A DNA stretch of 64,000 nucleotides from Acidimicrobiia bacterium (lineage in GTDB: Bacteria; Actinomycetota; Acidimicrobiia; Spongiisociales; ZC4RG35), in assembly GCA_965261135.1 (NCBI GenBank), contig OZ253443.1, forward strand, positions 1,424,521 through 1,488,520, written 5' to 3'. Position numbers and translations under genes: made by a program. How positions within the stretch are numbered: position 1 is the stretch's first letter; each line of letters opens with the position of its first letter. The notes below the pieces were generated by a model. It was given only the letters and a program-made list of their open reading frames with translations. It had not been told where the DNA came from and searched no databases. Below, piece by piece: positions 20,901-30,363 of this stretch.

Positions 20901-21457
20901 TTCTCCCGGCCGAAGATGTCCCGGTAATCGGCGGCGGTCTGCGCGGCCGCATCGGGATCGAAAACGCCCCTGCCCCCGCCTTCCTCGGTGACCAGGCCCG
21001 GCGCCAGATGGGAAGTGATCTCTCCGCTCATGCATCCCGAGGTGGCGATGAGCCCCTCGGCGTGGGCAGCCAGAAGCTCCCGGTCCGTGCGGGGCTTATA
21101 CCAGTATCCGTCCAGAAACGCCGCGCTGCTGATCTTGATCAGGTTTTGATAGCCGATGTCGTTGTAGGCAAGGAGGGTGATGTGGTGGCGGATGTTCCGC
21201 TCTCCGGTGGGACGGTCAAACCGCGAACCCGGAGTCAGATAGGCCTCCATGCCCAGAATCGGTTTGATCCCCGCCTCCTGCGCGGCTTGATAGAACTCCA
21301 CCGCCCCATAGAGAACCCCGTGGTCGGTCATCGCCACCGCGGGCTGGCGGTCCGAGGACACCGCCGCCATGATCTCTCCGACCCGGGAGGCGCCGTCCAA
21401 CATCGAGTACTCGGTGTGCAGGTGAAGATGGACGAAGTCAGCGCTCTTGCTCATCCG
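17951..21457 (-). CDS. dnaE: DNA polymerase III alpha subunit
   Basis: Starts MSKSADFVHLHLHTEYSMLDGA (PHP domain), followed by polymerase core and OB-fold. The upstream extension of the ORF (21458-22165) is out of context and rejected. Confidence 0.95.
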   Translation of the reverse strand, partial: RMSKSADFVHLHLHTEYSMLDGASRVGEIMAAVSSDRQPAVAMTDHGVLYGAVEFYQAAQEAGIKPILGMEAYLTPGSRFDRPTGERNIRHHITLLAYNDIGYQNLIKISSAAFLDGYWYKPRTDRELLAAHAEGLIATSGCMSGEITSHLAPGLVTEEGGGRGVFDPDAAAQTAADYRDIFGRENFFIEIMDHGLAQQRLLLPELVKVSERVGVPLLATNDSHYTKPDESETHDVLLCINTGSNFADEKRLRFDSQEFYIKSARDMRERFPADLYPGACDNTLLVAERVDMRMKTGGLLLPDFPAPPGHTHTSYLEELVWEGARKRYGGEIPTEVSERIRYELGVIAEMGFETYFLIIWDLIREARERGVRTGPGRGSAAGSMVSYCLEITQIDPLEYGLIFERFLNPGRAAMPDIDMDFDERYRAEIIEYVRERYGSDHVAQIVTFATIKGKQAIRDAARVYGYEYRVGDQLSKLMPSAILGKEPSLNQCLNPPASDSDGIVRDWYVNAAGLREAYDFDADARKVIDAARGLEGLRRQDSIHAAGVVISPVPMTELVPVQRKGEGAEVVTQYEMGAVEQLGLLKMDFLGLRNLSTIERTLDMVEKATGERPDIDRVPLDDPETFRLLAAAETIGVFQLEGEQMRTLIQRLRPDRFDDVVALVALYRPGPMGADMHNLYADRKTGRARVAPLHPMLKELLDPTYQILVYQEQVMEVSRAMAGYTMEEADNLRKAMGKKIKAVMDAEEEKFVEGCVAQGHDRSTGRDLFELISHFAGYGFNKSHSACYGLVAYQTAYLKANHPAEYMAALLTSSKNNRDRTALYLKECQRMGLSVKVPDVNESGMDYEVRSGSIRVGLSAIRNLGESVAEKIIEARKKEGSFQSFVDFCEKVAVDALRRNTLESLVKGGGFDSLGHTRRGLTETLPLIVDSVVDRRRREDAGQFSLFGGGGLPDRTLPEIPDHQWDKQVRLGFEKEMLGLYLSDHPLAEMARDLDAASDAVTSDLENHPDKSKVKIAGLIVSALSKWTRKGDRMMVLMLEDLDGEVEVVVFPQTVKRYQEILAVDQIVVISGRVDRREDGVQLVSTRFELLQPAPPSLDIRLSRSFMGERDNAQKLGEVLRRHPGVKQVVFHITEDGAHIVTSKPKVSGDPRMITELEELLGADSVVA

Positions 21458-22293
21458 CCCAGAATGTTCCCCTCGAAGAAAAGCGCGGCCCCCACCGCCA
21501 GCACTCCCACCGCCAGCGCGGTGGCCGCCAGCCCCCGGCTTCGGTGACCCTGCCGGCGCTGGGCCGACCACAAGAGCCCGATAACCGCGCCGCTGATCAT
21601 CCCTCCCAGATGCGCCTGCCAGGCAATGTTCGGAAGCAGCAGCGGAAGCGCGAAGTTGATGGCCAACAGCACGCCCAACTGGGACAAGAGCCGTCTGCCG
21701 AAGGCGGTGTGCCGCAATCGGTAGGCACCGGCCAGCCACACCCCGAACAGCCCGAAAATGGCGCCGGAAGCGCCGATGGAAACCGTCAAGGGGTGTGAAA
21801 ACCAATAGACGAACAGACTTCCTCCCGCGGCCGAGGACAGATAGATGGCGAGGAACGGCACAGAGCCCGACTCTCTCTCGATCTGGGGGCCGAACACGTA
21901 AAGAGCCCACATGTTGAACAGGATGTGCAGTACCGAACCATGGAGGATGACCGCGGTGACCATCCTCCACCACTGGCCGAGGGACACCCCCAGATTCCAC
22001 ATGGCCAACTCGTTCACAAGTTCGTATTCGAGCTCCGGAAACAGCCACGCGAAAACGTAAACGGCGGAGGTGATGACCAACAGGACGGTGGTGACCGGCG
22101 GGAGCCCCGTCCTGGCCGACACCCTCCGAATGTTGCGCTGACCCTGGCCGATGCAACCCGGGCACTTCTGCCCCACCGAGGCGTCGTGTGAACAGGGCGG
22201 GCAGATGGGCCGGTCACAGCTGCTGCAGGCCAGGCGGGTAGGCCGCTCGGGGTGCCGATAGCAAAAACGAGGAGCCGGTTGGTCGGATGTCAA
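21451..22293 (-). CDS. Rhomboid family intramembrane serine protease with an N-terminal zinc ribbon
   Basis: CxxC...CxxC N-terminus; catalytic GASGAIFG and AHLGG motifs in TM helices. Confidence 0.85.
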   Translation of the reverse strand: MTSDQPAPRFCYRHPERPTRLACSSCDRPICPPCSHDASVGQKCPGCIGQGQRNIRRVSARTGLPPVTTVLLVITSAVYVFAWLFPELEYELVNELAMWNLGVSLGQWWRMVTAVILHGSVLHILFNMWALYVFGPQIERESGSVPFLAIYLSSAAGGSLFVYWFSHPLTVSIGASGAIFGLFGVWLAGAYRLRHTAFGRRLLSQLGVLLAINFALPLLLPNIAWQAHLGGMISGAVIGLLWSAQRRQGHRSRGLAATALAVGVLAVGAALFFEGNILGG

Positions 22294-22312
22294 GAGAGCA
22301 CCGAGAGTAACG

Positions 22313-23287
22313 CTACCCGACAGACAACCCGGCGATCTTGCGACCGAGCACCTCGGGGAGGGGAGAACGATGCTCCATCATCCGGGAGGGATCGGCCGGA
22401 TGACGAAAAGCCAGTTCGCAAGCGTGCAACCACATGCGGCCCGCCCCCAGCGGATCGGGTCGGCCGCCATAGCGCCGATCCCCCACCACCGGGCGGCCGA
22501 TGGAAGCCATATGCACCCTGATCTGGTGGGTACGACCCGTGTCCAACTCGACCTCCAGGAGCGAGAGCGGCGGATCGTCCCCGCTGCGGACCATCCGATA
22601 GCGGGTGAGGGCGTACTTGCCGCCGGCCACCACCGCTCTCCTGCCCCGCCGACGGGGGTCGGGGCCCAGTGGCGCCTCCACCGCTCCCCTGGTGGTCTCC
22701 ATCACGCCGTGCACCAGCGTCAGATAGCGGCGTTTGATCTCCCGGCTGCGCAGGGCGGCGCCGAGTTCCGTGTAGGCCTTCGGGGAGAGGGCCGTGACCA
22801 ACAGCCCGGAGGTGTCCCGATCGAGGCGGTGGACGATCCCCCATCTTCCGGGGACTCCAACTCCCTCGATCTGCGGATAGCGGTGCAACAGTCCGGCCGC
22901 CAAGGTTCCCGTTTGGGTAGGCACCGCCGCACCGGGATGGGTGATCACCCCGACCGGTTTCACCACCACGGCCAGATGCTCATCCTCGTAAACCACTTCG
23001 AAGTCAACCGGCTCGGGCCGAAGCCTCTTTTCCGGAGGATCGCCGATCCAAAGCAACATACCCGCTTCCACCCGTTCCGACGGCTTCAACACTCTTCGCT
23101 CGGCGGCTCGGGCCCGGCCCTCGGTGATCAGGCGGCGGGAGACCGAGCGGCTCACTCCCAGAAGAGAGGAGACCACTCGATCCGCACGTTCCCCATCAAG
23201 ACCTGCAGGCACGGTCCACTCCCGGAGTCCGCCCGGCCCCGGCTCCGGGAACACCGCCTCGTCGGGATCAGGACCGGGAGGCGGCAA
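22313..23287 (-). CDS. rluD: RluA-family 23S rRNA pseudouridine synthase
   Basis: S4-like N-terminal region, catalytic HRLDRDTSGLL, and TGRTHQIRVHM. Confidence 0.85.
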   Translation of the reverse strand: MPPPGPDPDEAVFPEPGPGGLREWTVPAGLDGERADRVVSSLLGVSRSVSRRLITEGRARAAERRVLKPSERVEAGMLLWIGDPPEKRLRPEPVDFEVVYEDEHLAVVVKPVGVITHPGAAVPTQTGTLAAGLLHRYPQIEGVGVPGRWGIVHRLDRDTSGLLVTALSPKAYTELGAALRSREIKRRYLTLVHGVMETTRGAVEAPLGPDPRRRGRRAVVAGGKYALTRYRMVRSGDDPPLSLLEVELDTGRTHQIRVHMASIGRPVVGDRRYGGRPDPLGAGRMWLHACELAFRHPADPSRMMEHRSPLPEVLGRKIAGLSVG

Positions 23288-23756
23288 TGCTCTGACGGAG
23301 GGCCGACAGCAGCACCAGACCCACCCCCAAGGTCAAGGCGGTGTCGGCCAAGTTGAACACCGGGAAGTTTGGGATCTGTATCCAGTCCACCACCTTTCCG
23401 TCCAACAGGCCCTCGCCCCTCGTTGCCCGGTCCACGAGGTTGCCCATCGCTCCTCCCAACACCAGGCCAAGTCCAATAACCTCGGTGCCCGGACGCGGGG
23501 TCCGGAGCGCCCATCCCACTATTCCCACCGCCCCCGCCGCCGCCAGGCCCAGCCATACCCCGGCGTCCTGGAACATCGAGAACGCCGAGCCGGGATTCTC
23601 CACATATGTGACCCACAGCACATCGGGAATCACCTCCATGCGCTCTGTGGCAAAGTTCTGCTCGGCCCAGCGCTTGCTGATCTGGTCGACCGCCACCACC
23701 GCCGCGGCCGTCCCCATCGCCAACCCGAACGTGGTGATCAGCTTCGAGCGGCGCAC
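23268..23756 (-). CDS. lspA: Lipoprotein signal peptidase II
   Basis: Motifs NPGSAFS, NLVDR and FNLAD. The start is uncertain: GTG at 23756 or ATG at 23717. Confidence 0.8.
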   Translation of the reverse strand: MRRSKLITTFGLAMGTAAAVVAVDQISKRWAEQNFATERMEVIPDVLWVTYVENPGSAFSMFQDAGVWLGLAAAGAVGIVGWALRTPRPGTEVIGLGLVLGGAMGNLVDRATRGEGLLDGKVVDWIQIPNFPVFNLADTALTLGVGLVLLSALRQSIAASRS

Positions 23757-24109
23757 TCTATGCAACTGTCTATATAGGGAAGGTAACGCAGGCGAGCCAC
23801 GGGAATCGGCACACCGCACAGGTCGCAGTCCCCGTAACTGTTCCGCTCCATCTTGGACAAGGCGTAGTTCACCTTCTCCAAGAGTAGGGAAGCGTTGCGC
23901 TCAAGCGACATCTGCGTCTCGTAGTCGGTGGCGGCGGCGCCCGCCTCGGCGCTGGCCGGATCGGGGCTCCGTTCCCCTGCCCCCTCCGCCATCCTGGCCT
24001 CCTGCATAGCCTGGCTGTAAACTCCGATCAGTCCCAAAAGCCTGCCCCGCTCCGACTCGAGCCGCGCGCGAAGTTGAGTGATGGTCCTCTCATGTAGAAC
24101 TCTGTCCAT
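23738..24109 (-). CDS. DksA/TraR-family C4 zinc-finger protein
   Basis: C-terminal CDLCGVPIPVARLRYLPYIDSCIEC; positioned upstream of lspA as in other actinobacteria. Confidence 0.7.
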   Translation of the reverse strand: MDRVLHERTITQLRARLESERGRLLGLIGVYSQAMQEARMAEGAGERSPDPASAEAGAAATDYETQMSLERNASLLLEKVNYALSKMERNSYGDCDLCGVPIPVARLRYLPYIDSCIECAARS

Positions 24110-24152
24110 GAAAACTCCTACTAGCCCAATTACCGGACTAGAGGTTATCGCA

Positions 24153-24419
24153 TCAGAGTGATATTTCAATTTCTTTTAGCCGCGAGTGTTTCCCCGATGT
24201 AACCCGCGCTCTCCCACCCAGAGCAGCGGATAACAGTTTCTCGACCGCCCGGTTGGCTTTACCCCCTTCCGGCAGGGCGGTGACCCGCACCTTCAGAGAT
24301 TCTCCGTGCATGCCGTCCACCCGACTGCGGGACGATCCGGGCGACACCCACACTCTCAACCGGTATTTTCCCTCCACCAACCGGACCGCCGGTGACCAAC
24401 TTTCCGGAAACGACCGCAT
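24153..24419 (-). CDS. DUF167 (YggU-like) family protein
   Basis: YRLRVWVSPGSSRSRVDGMHGESLKVRVTALPEGGKANRAVEKLLSAALG...SGKHSRLKEIEI matches the DUF167 consensus. The longer ORF would overlap the ileS start, so an internal start is chosen. Confidence 0.7.
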   Translation of the reverse strand: MRSFPESWSPAVRLVEGKYRLRVWVSPGSSRSRVDGMHGESLKVRVTALPEGGKANRAVEKLLSAALGGRARVTSGKHSRLKEIEISL

Positions 24420-24474
24420 ACCCACTTCACAAATGTACCATTCACCCTTTCCGCGTAACACGTGAACAAAGAGC

Positions 24475-27400
24475 ATGGCCCCATCCGATTTTGCCCGCAT
24501 CCCACCCCAGGTGCACTTTCCAGAACTCGACGCGGAGATCTCGCGTGTATGGGAAGAGACCGACGCCTTTGCCGAATCCATTCGCCGACGGCCCGCGGAC
24601 CGCGAGTACGCCTTCTATGACGGACCGCCCTTCACTACCGGACGTCCCCACTATGGCCACATTCTCGCAGGGGTGATCAAAGACATCGTTCCCCGCTACT
24701 GGACGATGCGCGGTTATCGCATCGAGCGGCGTTTCGGCTGGGACACCCACGGGCTGCCGGTGGAGATGGAGGTGCAGCGGCAACTGGGCATCAGCGGGCC
24801 CCACCAGATAGCCGAGTTGGGAGTGGACCGCTTCAACGAAGCATGCCGGAAAATGGTGGAGCAGACCACCGAGGAGTGGGAAGAGGTAACCAACCGGATC
24901 GGCCGGTGGGTGGACTTTCGCAACGATTACAAAACCATGGACCCCGGCTTCATGGAAAGCGTGTGGTGGGTGTTCAAACAACTGTGGGACAAGGGCTTGA
25001 TCTATCGCGACTTCAAGGTGCTGCCCTATTCATGGGCCTGCGCCACTCCGCTCTCCAACTTCGAGTTGAACCTCGGCGGGTACCGGGATGTGGACGATCC
25101 TTCCATAACCGTAAGGTTGAAGGTTGTAGAGGGCGCCGGACCGGTGAGGGACGGAGATTACCTGCTGATCTGGACGACCACCCCCTGGACTCTTCCCGGA
25201 AACCTGGCGGTGGCGGTCGCCCCCGACCTGTCATATGTCGCCATCTCGCAAAACGGCGAACGCTACTGGACAGCGGCCGAACTGGTCTCAGCCGTCTGGG
25301 ATGACCCTTCGGCGCCGGTTGCCGAGGCCCGGGGCGCCGAACTGGTGGGGATCCGCTATGAGCCTCCCTTCCCTTATTTCGAGCGCCTCGGTTCCCAGGG
25401 TGGCTTCACTGTGGTCCCCTCTGCTGACGTAACCGCCGAGGAGGGAACCGGATTGGTGCACATGGCGCCCGCCTACGGAGAGGCCGACTTCGAGACTTTC
25501 GCCGCCAACCGGATCAACCTGTTGGTGGACCCGATCGACGCCGAGGGGCGCTTCACCGAAGAGGCGCCGGAAGTGGCCGGCCAAAACGTCAAGGACGCCG
25601 ACCGAACACTGGTTCGCCTGCTGTCCGAGTCGGGCAAGCTGGTGCGCAACGAGCGCATCCGCCACTCCTATCCCTTCTGCTACCGCACCGACACCCCCCT
25701 CATATACAAGGCCATCCCCACCTGGTTCGTGGAAGTCTCGGAGCTTCGCGAAAAGCTGGTGGAGCACAACAACCGCATCCACTGGGTCCCCCAACACGTG
25801 GGAGAGCGCCGATTCGGAAACTGGCTGAGCGAGGCCCGTGACTGGGCGGTCAGCAGAAACCGCTATTGGGGGTCGTGCATACCCGTTTGGGAGTGTGCGG
25901 CCTGCGGCGCCCAGAAATGCATCGGATCGCTCGACGAACTGGAGAAGCACTCCGGGCAACGCCCCGACGATCTCCACAAACACATAATCGACCTGATCAC
26001 CTTCCCCTGCCCCGAAGCCGGATGTTCAGGAACCATGCGCCGGGTGCCCGAGGTGTTGGATTGCTGGTTCGAATCGGGATCCATGCCCTATGGACAACAG
26101 CACTATCCCTTCGAGAACCAGGAGCGATTCGAGAACAATTTCCCCGCCCATTTCATCGCCGAAGGACTGGATCAGACCCGCGGATGGTTCTACACCCTTC
26201 ACATCCTGGCCGCCGCCCTCTTCGATCAGCCCGCTTTCTCCAACTGCGTGGTCAACGGGATGATTCTCGCCGCCGACGGCCGGAAAATGTCGAAGCGTCT
26301 CAAGAACTATCCCGAGCCGATCGAAGTGCTGGACAAATTCGGCGCCGACGCGCTGCGCGCCTATCTGATCAACTCGCCGGTTCTGCGCGCCGAGCCGCTC
26401 CGCTTCTCCGATAGCGGGGTGAAGGAGGTGGTGCGCACCGTGCTGCTCCCCCTGTGGAACACCTTCTCGTTTTTCACCACCTACGCCGAGGCTGACGGAA
26501 TCAGGCTGTCGGACATCACCGACGCTCCTCCGCCTGCGGAGCGTCCCGCCCTGGACCGATGGATCCTCTCGGTGCTGCAAAGCCTGATCACCGAGGTGCG
26601 GCGTCAAATGGACGGTTACTACCTCTACGCGGTAATTCCTCCCATCCTCGGATTCATCGACCATCTCACCAACTGGTACGTCCGTCGCTCCCGGCGGCGC
26701 TTCTGGAAGGGCCGGGGGGAGGACGACGCCGACAAGCTGTCCGCCTTCGCCACCCTCTATGACGTACTGGTTACCTTCTCGGAGGTGCTGGCGCCGGTGC
26801 TGCCGTTCATCACCGAAAAAATCTATCGGACCCTGGTGGCCTCCTGCGATCCCTCCGCGCCGCCCAGTCTCCATCTTCGCGACTTCCCCGAGCCCCGGAC
26901 AGAGCGCATCGACATCGGACTGGAAGAAGGCATGGCGCTGGCCCGGACGGTGGTAAAACTCACCCATGCCCTCCGCAAACAGCACAACATCCGGGTGCGA
27001 CTGCCCCTGGCAGCCCTCACGGTGAACCTGGCGACAGGCCACCGCACCGAGACCCTCGAAGCCCTCTCGGAACTGGTGCGAAACGAGGTCAATGTCCGGT
27101 CGCTCCGGGTGGTGAGCGGCGAAGAGGCGACCGTGGAACTCTCGGCCAAAGCCGACTTCCGCCGGTTGGGTCCCCGGTTGGGCGCCCGCACCCCCGAGAC
27201 GGCCCGCGCCATAGAAGACCTCGACAAAACCGATATTCAACGTCTCCTGGATGGTGAGACCATCGAGGTGGCCGGAACAGAAATCACCGGCGAGGACGTG
27301 GTGGTGCGCCGCCGGGCGCCGGAGGGAACCGCCATCATCGTCGAGGACGATCTCACCGTCACCCTGGACATCAACCTGACCGAAGAGTTGATAACCGAAG

Positions 27401-27666
27401 GAATCGCCCGGGAAATCACCGCCCGTCTCCAACAACTGCGGCGGGAAAGAAAGCTGCAGATCACCGACCGCATCTCTCTGACCTGGGAGTCCCATCATCC
27501 GGCGGTAGCAACCGCCATGGAGGCTCACGGAAAGATGATCGCCGCGGAGCTGTTGGCGACCGCATGGAGGAAAGGACCGGCCGAAACCGCCCTGGTGGTG
27601 GGGGACTACCCTCTTTCGGTCACGATCCGGGTTCTCTCGGACCCCTCAGCCGCCGGGGAGGGATGA
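24475..27666 (+). CDS. ileS: Isoleucine--tRNA ligase
   Basis: 1063 aa with HIGH-type P..GRPHYGHI, KMSKS and editing-domain region; zinc-binding cysteines CPEAGC. Confidence 0.95.
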   Translation: MAPSDFARIPPQVHFPELDAEISRVWEETDAFAESIRRRPADREYAFYDGPPFTTGRPHYGHILAGVIKDIVPRYWTMRGYRIERRFGWDTHGLPVEMEVQRQLGISGPHQIAELGVDRFNEACRKMVEQTTEEWEEVTNRIGRWVDFRNDYKTMDPGFMESVWWVFKQLWDKGLIYRDFKVLPYSWACATPLSNFELNLGGYRDVDDPSITVRLKVVEGAGPVRDGDYLLIWTTTPWTLPGNLAVAVAPDLSYVAISQNGERYWTAAELVSAVWDDPSAPVAEARGAELVGIRYEPPFPYFERLGSQGGFTVVPSADVTAEEGTGLVHMAPAYGEADFETFAANRINLLVDPIDAEGRFTEEAPEVAGQNVKDADRTLVRLLSESGKLVRNERIRHSYPFCYRTDTPLIYKAIPTWFVEVSELREKLVEHNNRIHWVPQHVGERRFGNWLSEARDWAVSRNRYWGSCIPVWECAACGAQKCIGSLDELEKHSGQRPDDLHKHIIDLITFPCPEAGCSGTMRRVPEVLDCWFESGSMPYGQQHYPFENQERFENNFPAHFIAEGLDQTRGWFYTLHILAAALFDQPAFSNCVVNGMILAADGRKMSKRLKNYPEPIEVLDKFGADALRAYLINSPVLRAEPLRFSDSGVKEVVRTVLLPLWNTFSFFTTYAEADGIRLSDITDAPPPAERPALDRWILSVLQSLITEVRRQMDGYYLYAVIPPILGFIDHLTNWYVRRSRRRFWKGRGEDDADKLSAFATLYDVLVTFSEVLAPVLPFITEKIYRTLVASCDPSAPPSLHLRDFPEPRTERIDIGLEEGMALARTVVKLTHALRKQHNIRVRLPLAALTVNLATGHRTETLEALSELVRNEVNVRSLRVVSGEEATVELSAKADFRRLGPRLGARTPETARAIEDLDKTDIQRLLDGETIEVAGTEITGEDVVVRRRAPEGTAIIVEDDLTVTLDINLTEELITEGIAREITARLQQLRRERKLQITDRISLTWESHHPAVATAMEAHGKMIAAELLATAWRKGPAETALVVGDYPLSVTIRVLSDPSAAGEG

Positions 27667-27668
27667 CC

Positions 27669-28184
27669 TCAAAGCAGGCCGCGAATTTGGGAAGCGGCCG
27701 CTTCCAACTCTGTCATGTGGTCGTCCATGGCGCCGGGCAAGCCACTCAGGGTCGACTTGACCACTGACATCACTATCCGATAACGCTCGATCTCGGCCAG
27801 CATGAGCTGAGCCGCCCGTTCTCTCCTGCGATCCAGCTCACCGAGTTCGAGGGGGGAGACACCCGGCCCTCCACCCGCCGACACGTCGGCGGCCTCCTTC
27901 CGGGCGGCGGAGACCAGTTGGGATGCGCTCTCCTGTGCCTCATCGATGATGCGGCGCGCCTCGGCGCGTGCCTGTGACAACACCCGGGCAGCCTCCCCAT
28001 GCTCAACTGCGGGGGGCCGGCTCTTGACCTCGGCGATTATCCGGTCCCGTTCAGCCAAAAGCTCCTCATACTCTTTGAGGGAGAGCGTGACCTCGTCCAA
28101 GAACTCGTCCACTTCCTCAAGGTGATAACCGCGCAAAGCGGTGCGGAAGAACTTTTCCTGGATGTCGTCAGGAGTGAGGGGCAT
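27669..28184 (-). CDS. divIVA: DivIVA (Wag31-like) cell-division and polar-growth protein
   Basis: Starts MPLTPDDIQEKFF...GYHLEEVDEFLDEV, then coiled coil. Confidence 0.85.
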   Translation of the reverse strand: MPLTPDDIQEKFFRTALRGYHLEEVDEFLDEVTLSLKEYEELLAERDRIIAEVKSRPPAVEHGEAARVLSQARAEARRIIDEAQESASQLVSAARKEAADVSAGGGPGVSPLELGELDRRRERAAQLMLAEIERYRIVMSVVKSTLSGLPGAMDDHMTELEAAASQIRGLL

Positions 28185-28299
28185 GTCGAAACCGATCTCT
28201 AGACCTATGCGCAGACCTGATTATAAATCGCCGGGACGCTAAGCCAACGATCCCCCGCCCCGGGCGCCCGATGCCGCTCCCAAAGAGCGCCGGCAACGC

Positions 28300-28557
28300 T
28301 CAGCAGAAAATGCCCCGCAGCAGGTAGATGGTCACAAACAGCGCCAAGGGAGAAAGATCGACGCCCACTGCTCCCACCCGAAGCGGAGGCATGATGTTGC
28401 GAAAGGGCCTCAGCAAAGGATGGAGAAGCCGATCAAAGAACTCTTTGACGGACCGCAACGGGTGACCGGCGGCGGTGGGAATCCAACTGAGCACCACCCA
28501 GATCAGCACCGCCCAACTCGCCAAGTCGAGCAATAGGCAGAGAAGCCCGCTCAGCAT
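28300..28557 (-). CDS. ylmG: YggT/YlmG family membrane protein
   Basis: Small two-TM protein located after sepF, the conserved sepF-ylmG-divIVA order. Confidence 0.7.
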   Translation of the reverse strand: MLSGLLCLLLDLASWAVLIWVVLSWIPTAAGHPLRSVKEFFDRLLHPLLRPFRNIMPPLRVGAVGVDLSPLALFVTIYLLRGIFC

Positions 28558-28580
28558 CCCGATTCCACCATCTTCCTTGG

Positions 28581-29090
28581 TCAGGTGCTGGGATCGGGCG
28601 GCCACATCCCGATCTTGGACAACCTGGATTGTTCGCTCGAGGAAACGGTGACCCCCGGGGGGCTGACCAGCACCAATCCGTCACCCACCTGAGAGACCTC
28701 GCCCTGGTTGGAGCTGACCAGCCCGGTGGCGTAGTAAACAACCCCCTGGGCAACCTCCGGGGAGAGGAAACGCAAATCCAGCATCACCGGAACGCTTGCT
28801 TTGTACCAGGAAGTGAGATGCGAACAATCCCCGAAGGTGTCCACCTGCAGTACTTCCGTTTCCACATCGAGAGAAGACGGCGTCGAACGCTCCCTCGAAA
28901 ACCTGGATACCTCCGTTCGCACTACCGAGGCGCTGTGCGAATTGGAAGGCTGGTTGGGGATCAGACGGACATTGCCCGAAGAAGTGGGGCGGGTCCCCGA
29001 CAGGGGCGAGGACGAAGAAGGCGCCCAGGCATCCTCCTCTTCCACCAAGCCCAAGAAGTCCCAGACTCTCCCCATGAAATTCTTGCTCAT
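28581..29090 (-). CDS. sepF: Cell division protein SepF
   Basis: C-terminal SepF domain (VLQVDTFGDCSHLTSWYKASVPVMLDL...GVVYYATGLV). Confidence 0.8.
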   Translation of the reverse strand: MSKNFMGRVWDFLGLVEEEDAWAPSSSSPLSGTRPTSSGNVRLIPNQPSNSHSASVVRTEVSRFSRERSTPSSLDVETEVLQVDTFGDCSHLTSWYKASVPVMLDLRFLSPEVAQGVVYYATGLVSSNQGEVSQVGDGLVLVSPPGVTVSSSEQSRLSKIGMWPPDPST

Positions 29091-29752
29091 GATCCTTCAC
29101 CAAAAATAGCCCGACCCACCCTTACCATGGTAGCCCCCTCCTCCACTGCTATCTCGTAATCCTCGGTCATCCCCATCGAAAGCTCCCCCCTCCCCCGAAA
29201 CCAAGCGCCGAGGCGTTCGGACAACTCGCGAAGCTCACAGAAATAGCGTCGGGCATCCTCGGGATCGTCCAATCGGGGGGCCATGGCCATCAGCCCGCGC
29301 ACCTCAACTCCCTCTTCTTGAGCCAGTTCCACCAACTCCTCGACCTGCCCGGGCGCCACCCCATGCTTTTGAGGCTCACCCCCGATGTTTACCTGCGCCA
29401 AAGCCGGAACCTGGCCGGGGGCGTTCCTGGCCCATGCCCTCACCAACTTCGGCCGATCCAAAGAGTGCAATAGATGAGCCGCGGCCCGGACACGGTTGAC
29501 TTTGTTGGTTTGGAGGGGCCCCACAAAATGCCACCGCACGTCGTCGGGAAGCTCTCCCACTTTTGAGACCAGTTCCTGTGCCCGGTTCTCCCCGAAGTCT
29601 CTCACACCCTGATCGTAGAGTTCTCTGATCTGTCCTATGTCCCGACCCTTGGTCACCACTATCAGGGTTACGTCATCGGGATTGCGCCCCGCCCTCCTCG
29701 CCGCCGCGGACACCCGCTCTGAAACCATCTGGTAGCTCATCGGGGGATCCAA
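29087..29752 (-). CDS. ylmE: YggS/YlmE family pyridoxal-phosphate homeostasis protein
   Basis: LIVVTKGR...FGENRAQEL...WHFVGPLQTNK. Confidence 0.85.
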   Translation of the reverse strand: MDPPMSYQMVSERVSAAARRAGRNPDDVTLIVVTKGRDIGQIRELYDQGVRDFGENRAQELVSKVGELPDDVRWHFVGPLQTNKVNRVRAAAHLLHSLDRPKLVRAWARNAPGQVPALAQVNIGGEPQKHGVAPGQVEELVELAQEEGVEVRGLMAMAPRLDDPEDARRYFCELRELSERLGAWFRGRGELSMGMTEDYEIAVEEGATMVRVGRAIFGEGS

Positions 29753-30363
29753 CCGACTGCCGCCATTCTCCCAGAGGTGCAGTCACGACGATGTGAGAAA
29801 CATCCCGGTTGGTGAACGGTGCACCTCTCCGACCACCAGGTCGGAAGGTCCCCGAGCTGTTCGGCGAGTGCCCCGCCCAAATCTACGGAGGGTTTGCCCT
29901 GCCGGGAAAGGGCGCCCTGGGAGAGAAACCGGCGGGCCACCTCGGGCCCCACTTCGAAGCAACACGGCCCGATAAACGGGCCGACTGCCGCCCAGGCCGG
30001 GCCCACTCCGGCGGATCGCATTGCCTCCATCAAGGAAACCACTACTCCCGCGGATACACCCCGCCATCCGGCATGGGCCACTCCGACACCTCCTTTTCCG
30101 CCTACCACCACCCCGGCGCAGTCGGCGGCCATGACCGCCACTACAAGACCGGCCACCCTGGTAAACAGCGCGTCCGCCTCTTTTTCCACCTGACCCGGCC
30201 GGTTCACCTCCACCACCCGGGTCCCATGCACCTGGCGTACGGTGGCCCAGTCCGAAGAGATGCCCAATTTGAACGAGATGCTCTCTCTCATCGCCGGGTT
30301 TTTTTGATCTCCATCGGCCTCCAGGGTGAAAGCCGCCCCCGGCCTCTGAAGCGGTCGGATCAT
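29737..30363 (-). CDS. pgeF: PgeF/YfiH family purine nucleoside phosphorylase / peptidoglycan editing factor
   Basis: Contains ADCAGVVV, AHAGWRG and CCFEVGPEV. Confidence 0.8.
   Translation of the reverse strand: MIRPLQRPGAAFTLEADGDQKNPAMRESISFKLGISSDWATVRQVHGTRVVEVNRPGQVEKEADALFTRVAGLVVAVMAADCAGVVVGGKGGVGVAHAGWRGVSAGVVVSLMEAMRSAGVGPAWAAVGPFIGPCCFEVGPEVARRFLSQGALSRQGKPSVDLGGALAEQLGDLPTWWSERCTVHQPGCFSHRRDCTSGRMAAVGWIPR

Noticed and set aside
21458-22165. 5' extension of the dnaE ORF (ORF listed as 17951-22165)
   Set aside because: The PHP-domain start MSKSADFVHLHLHTEYS is internal. The extension overlaps the rhomboid protease gene in another frame and encodes low-complexity sequence.
24170-24474. 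Expected T-box leader upstream of ileS
   Set aside because: No AGGGUGGNACCGCG-like T-box sequence is recognisable. The space is occupied by the divergently oriented DUF167 gene, leaving only ~55 bp of intergenic DNA.
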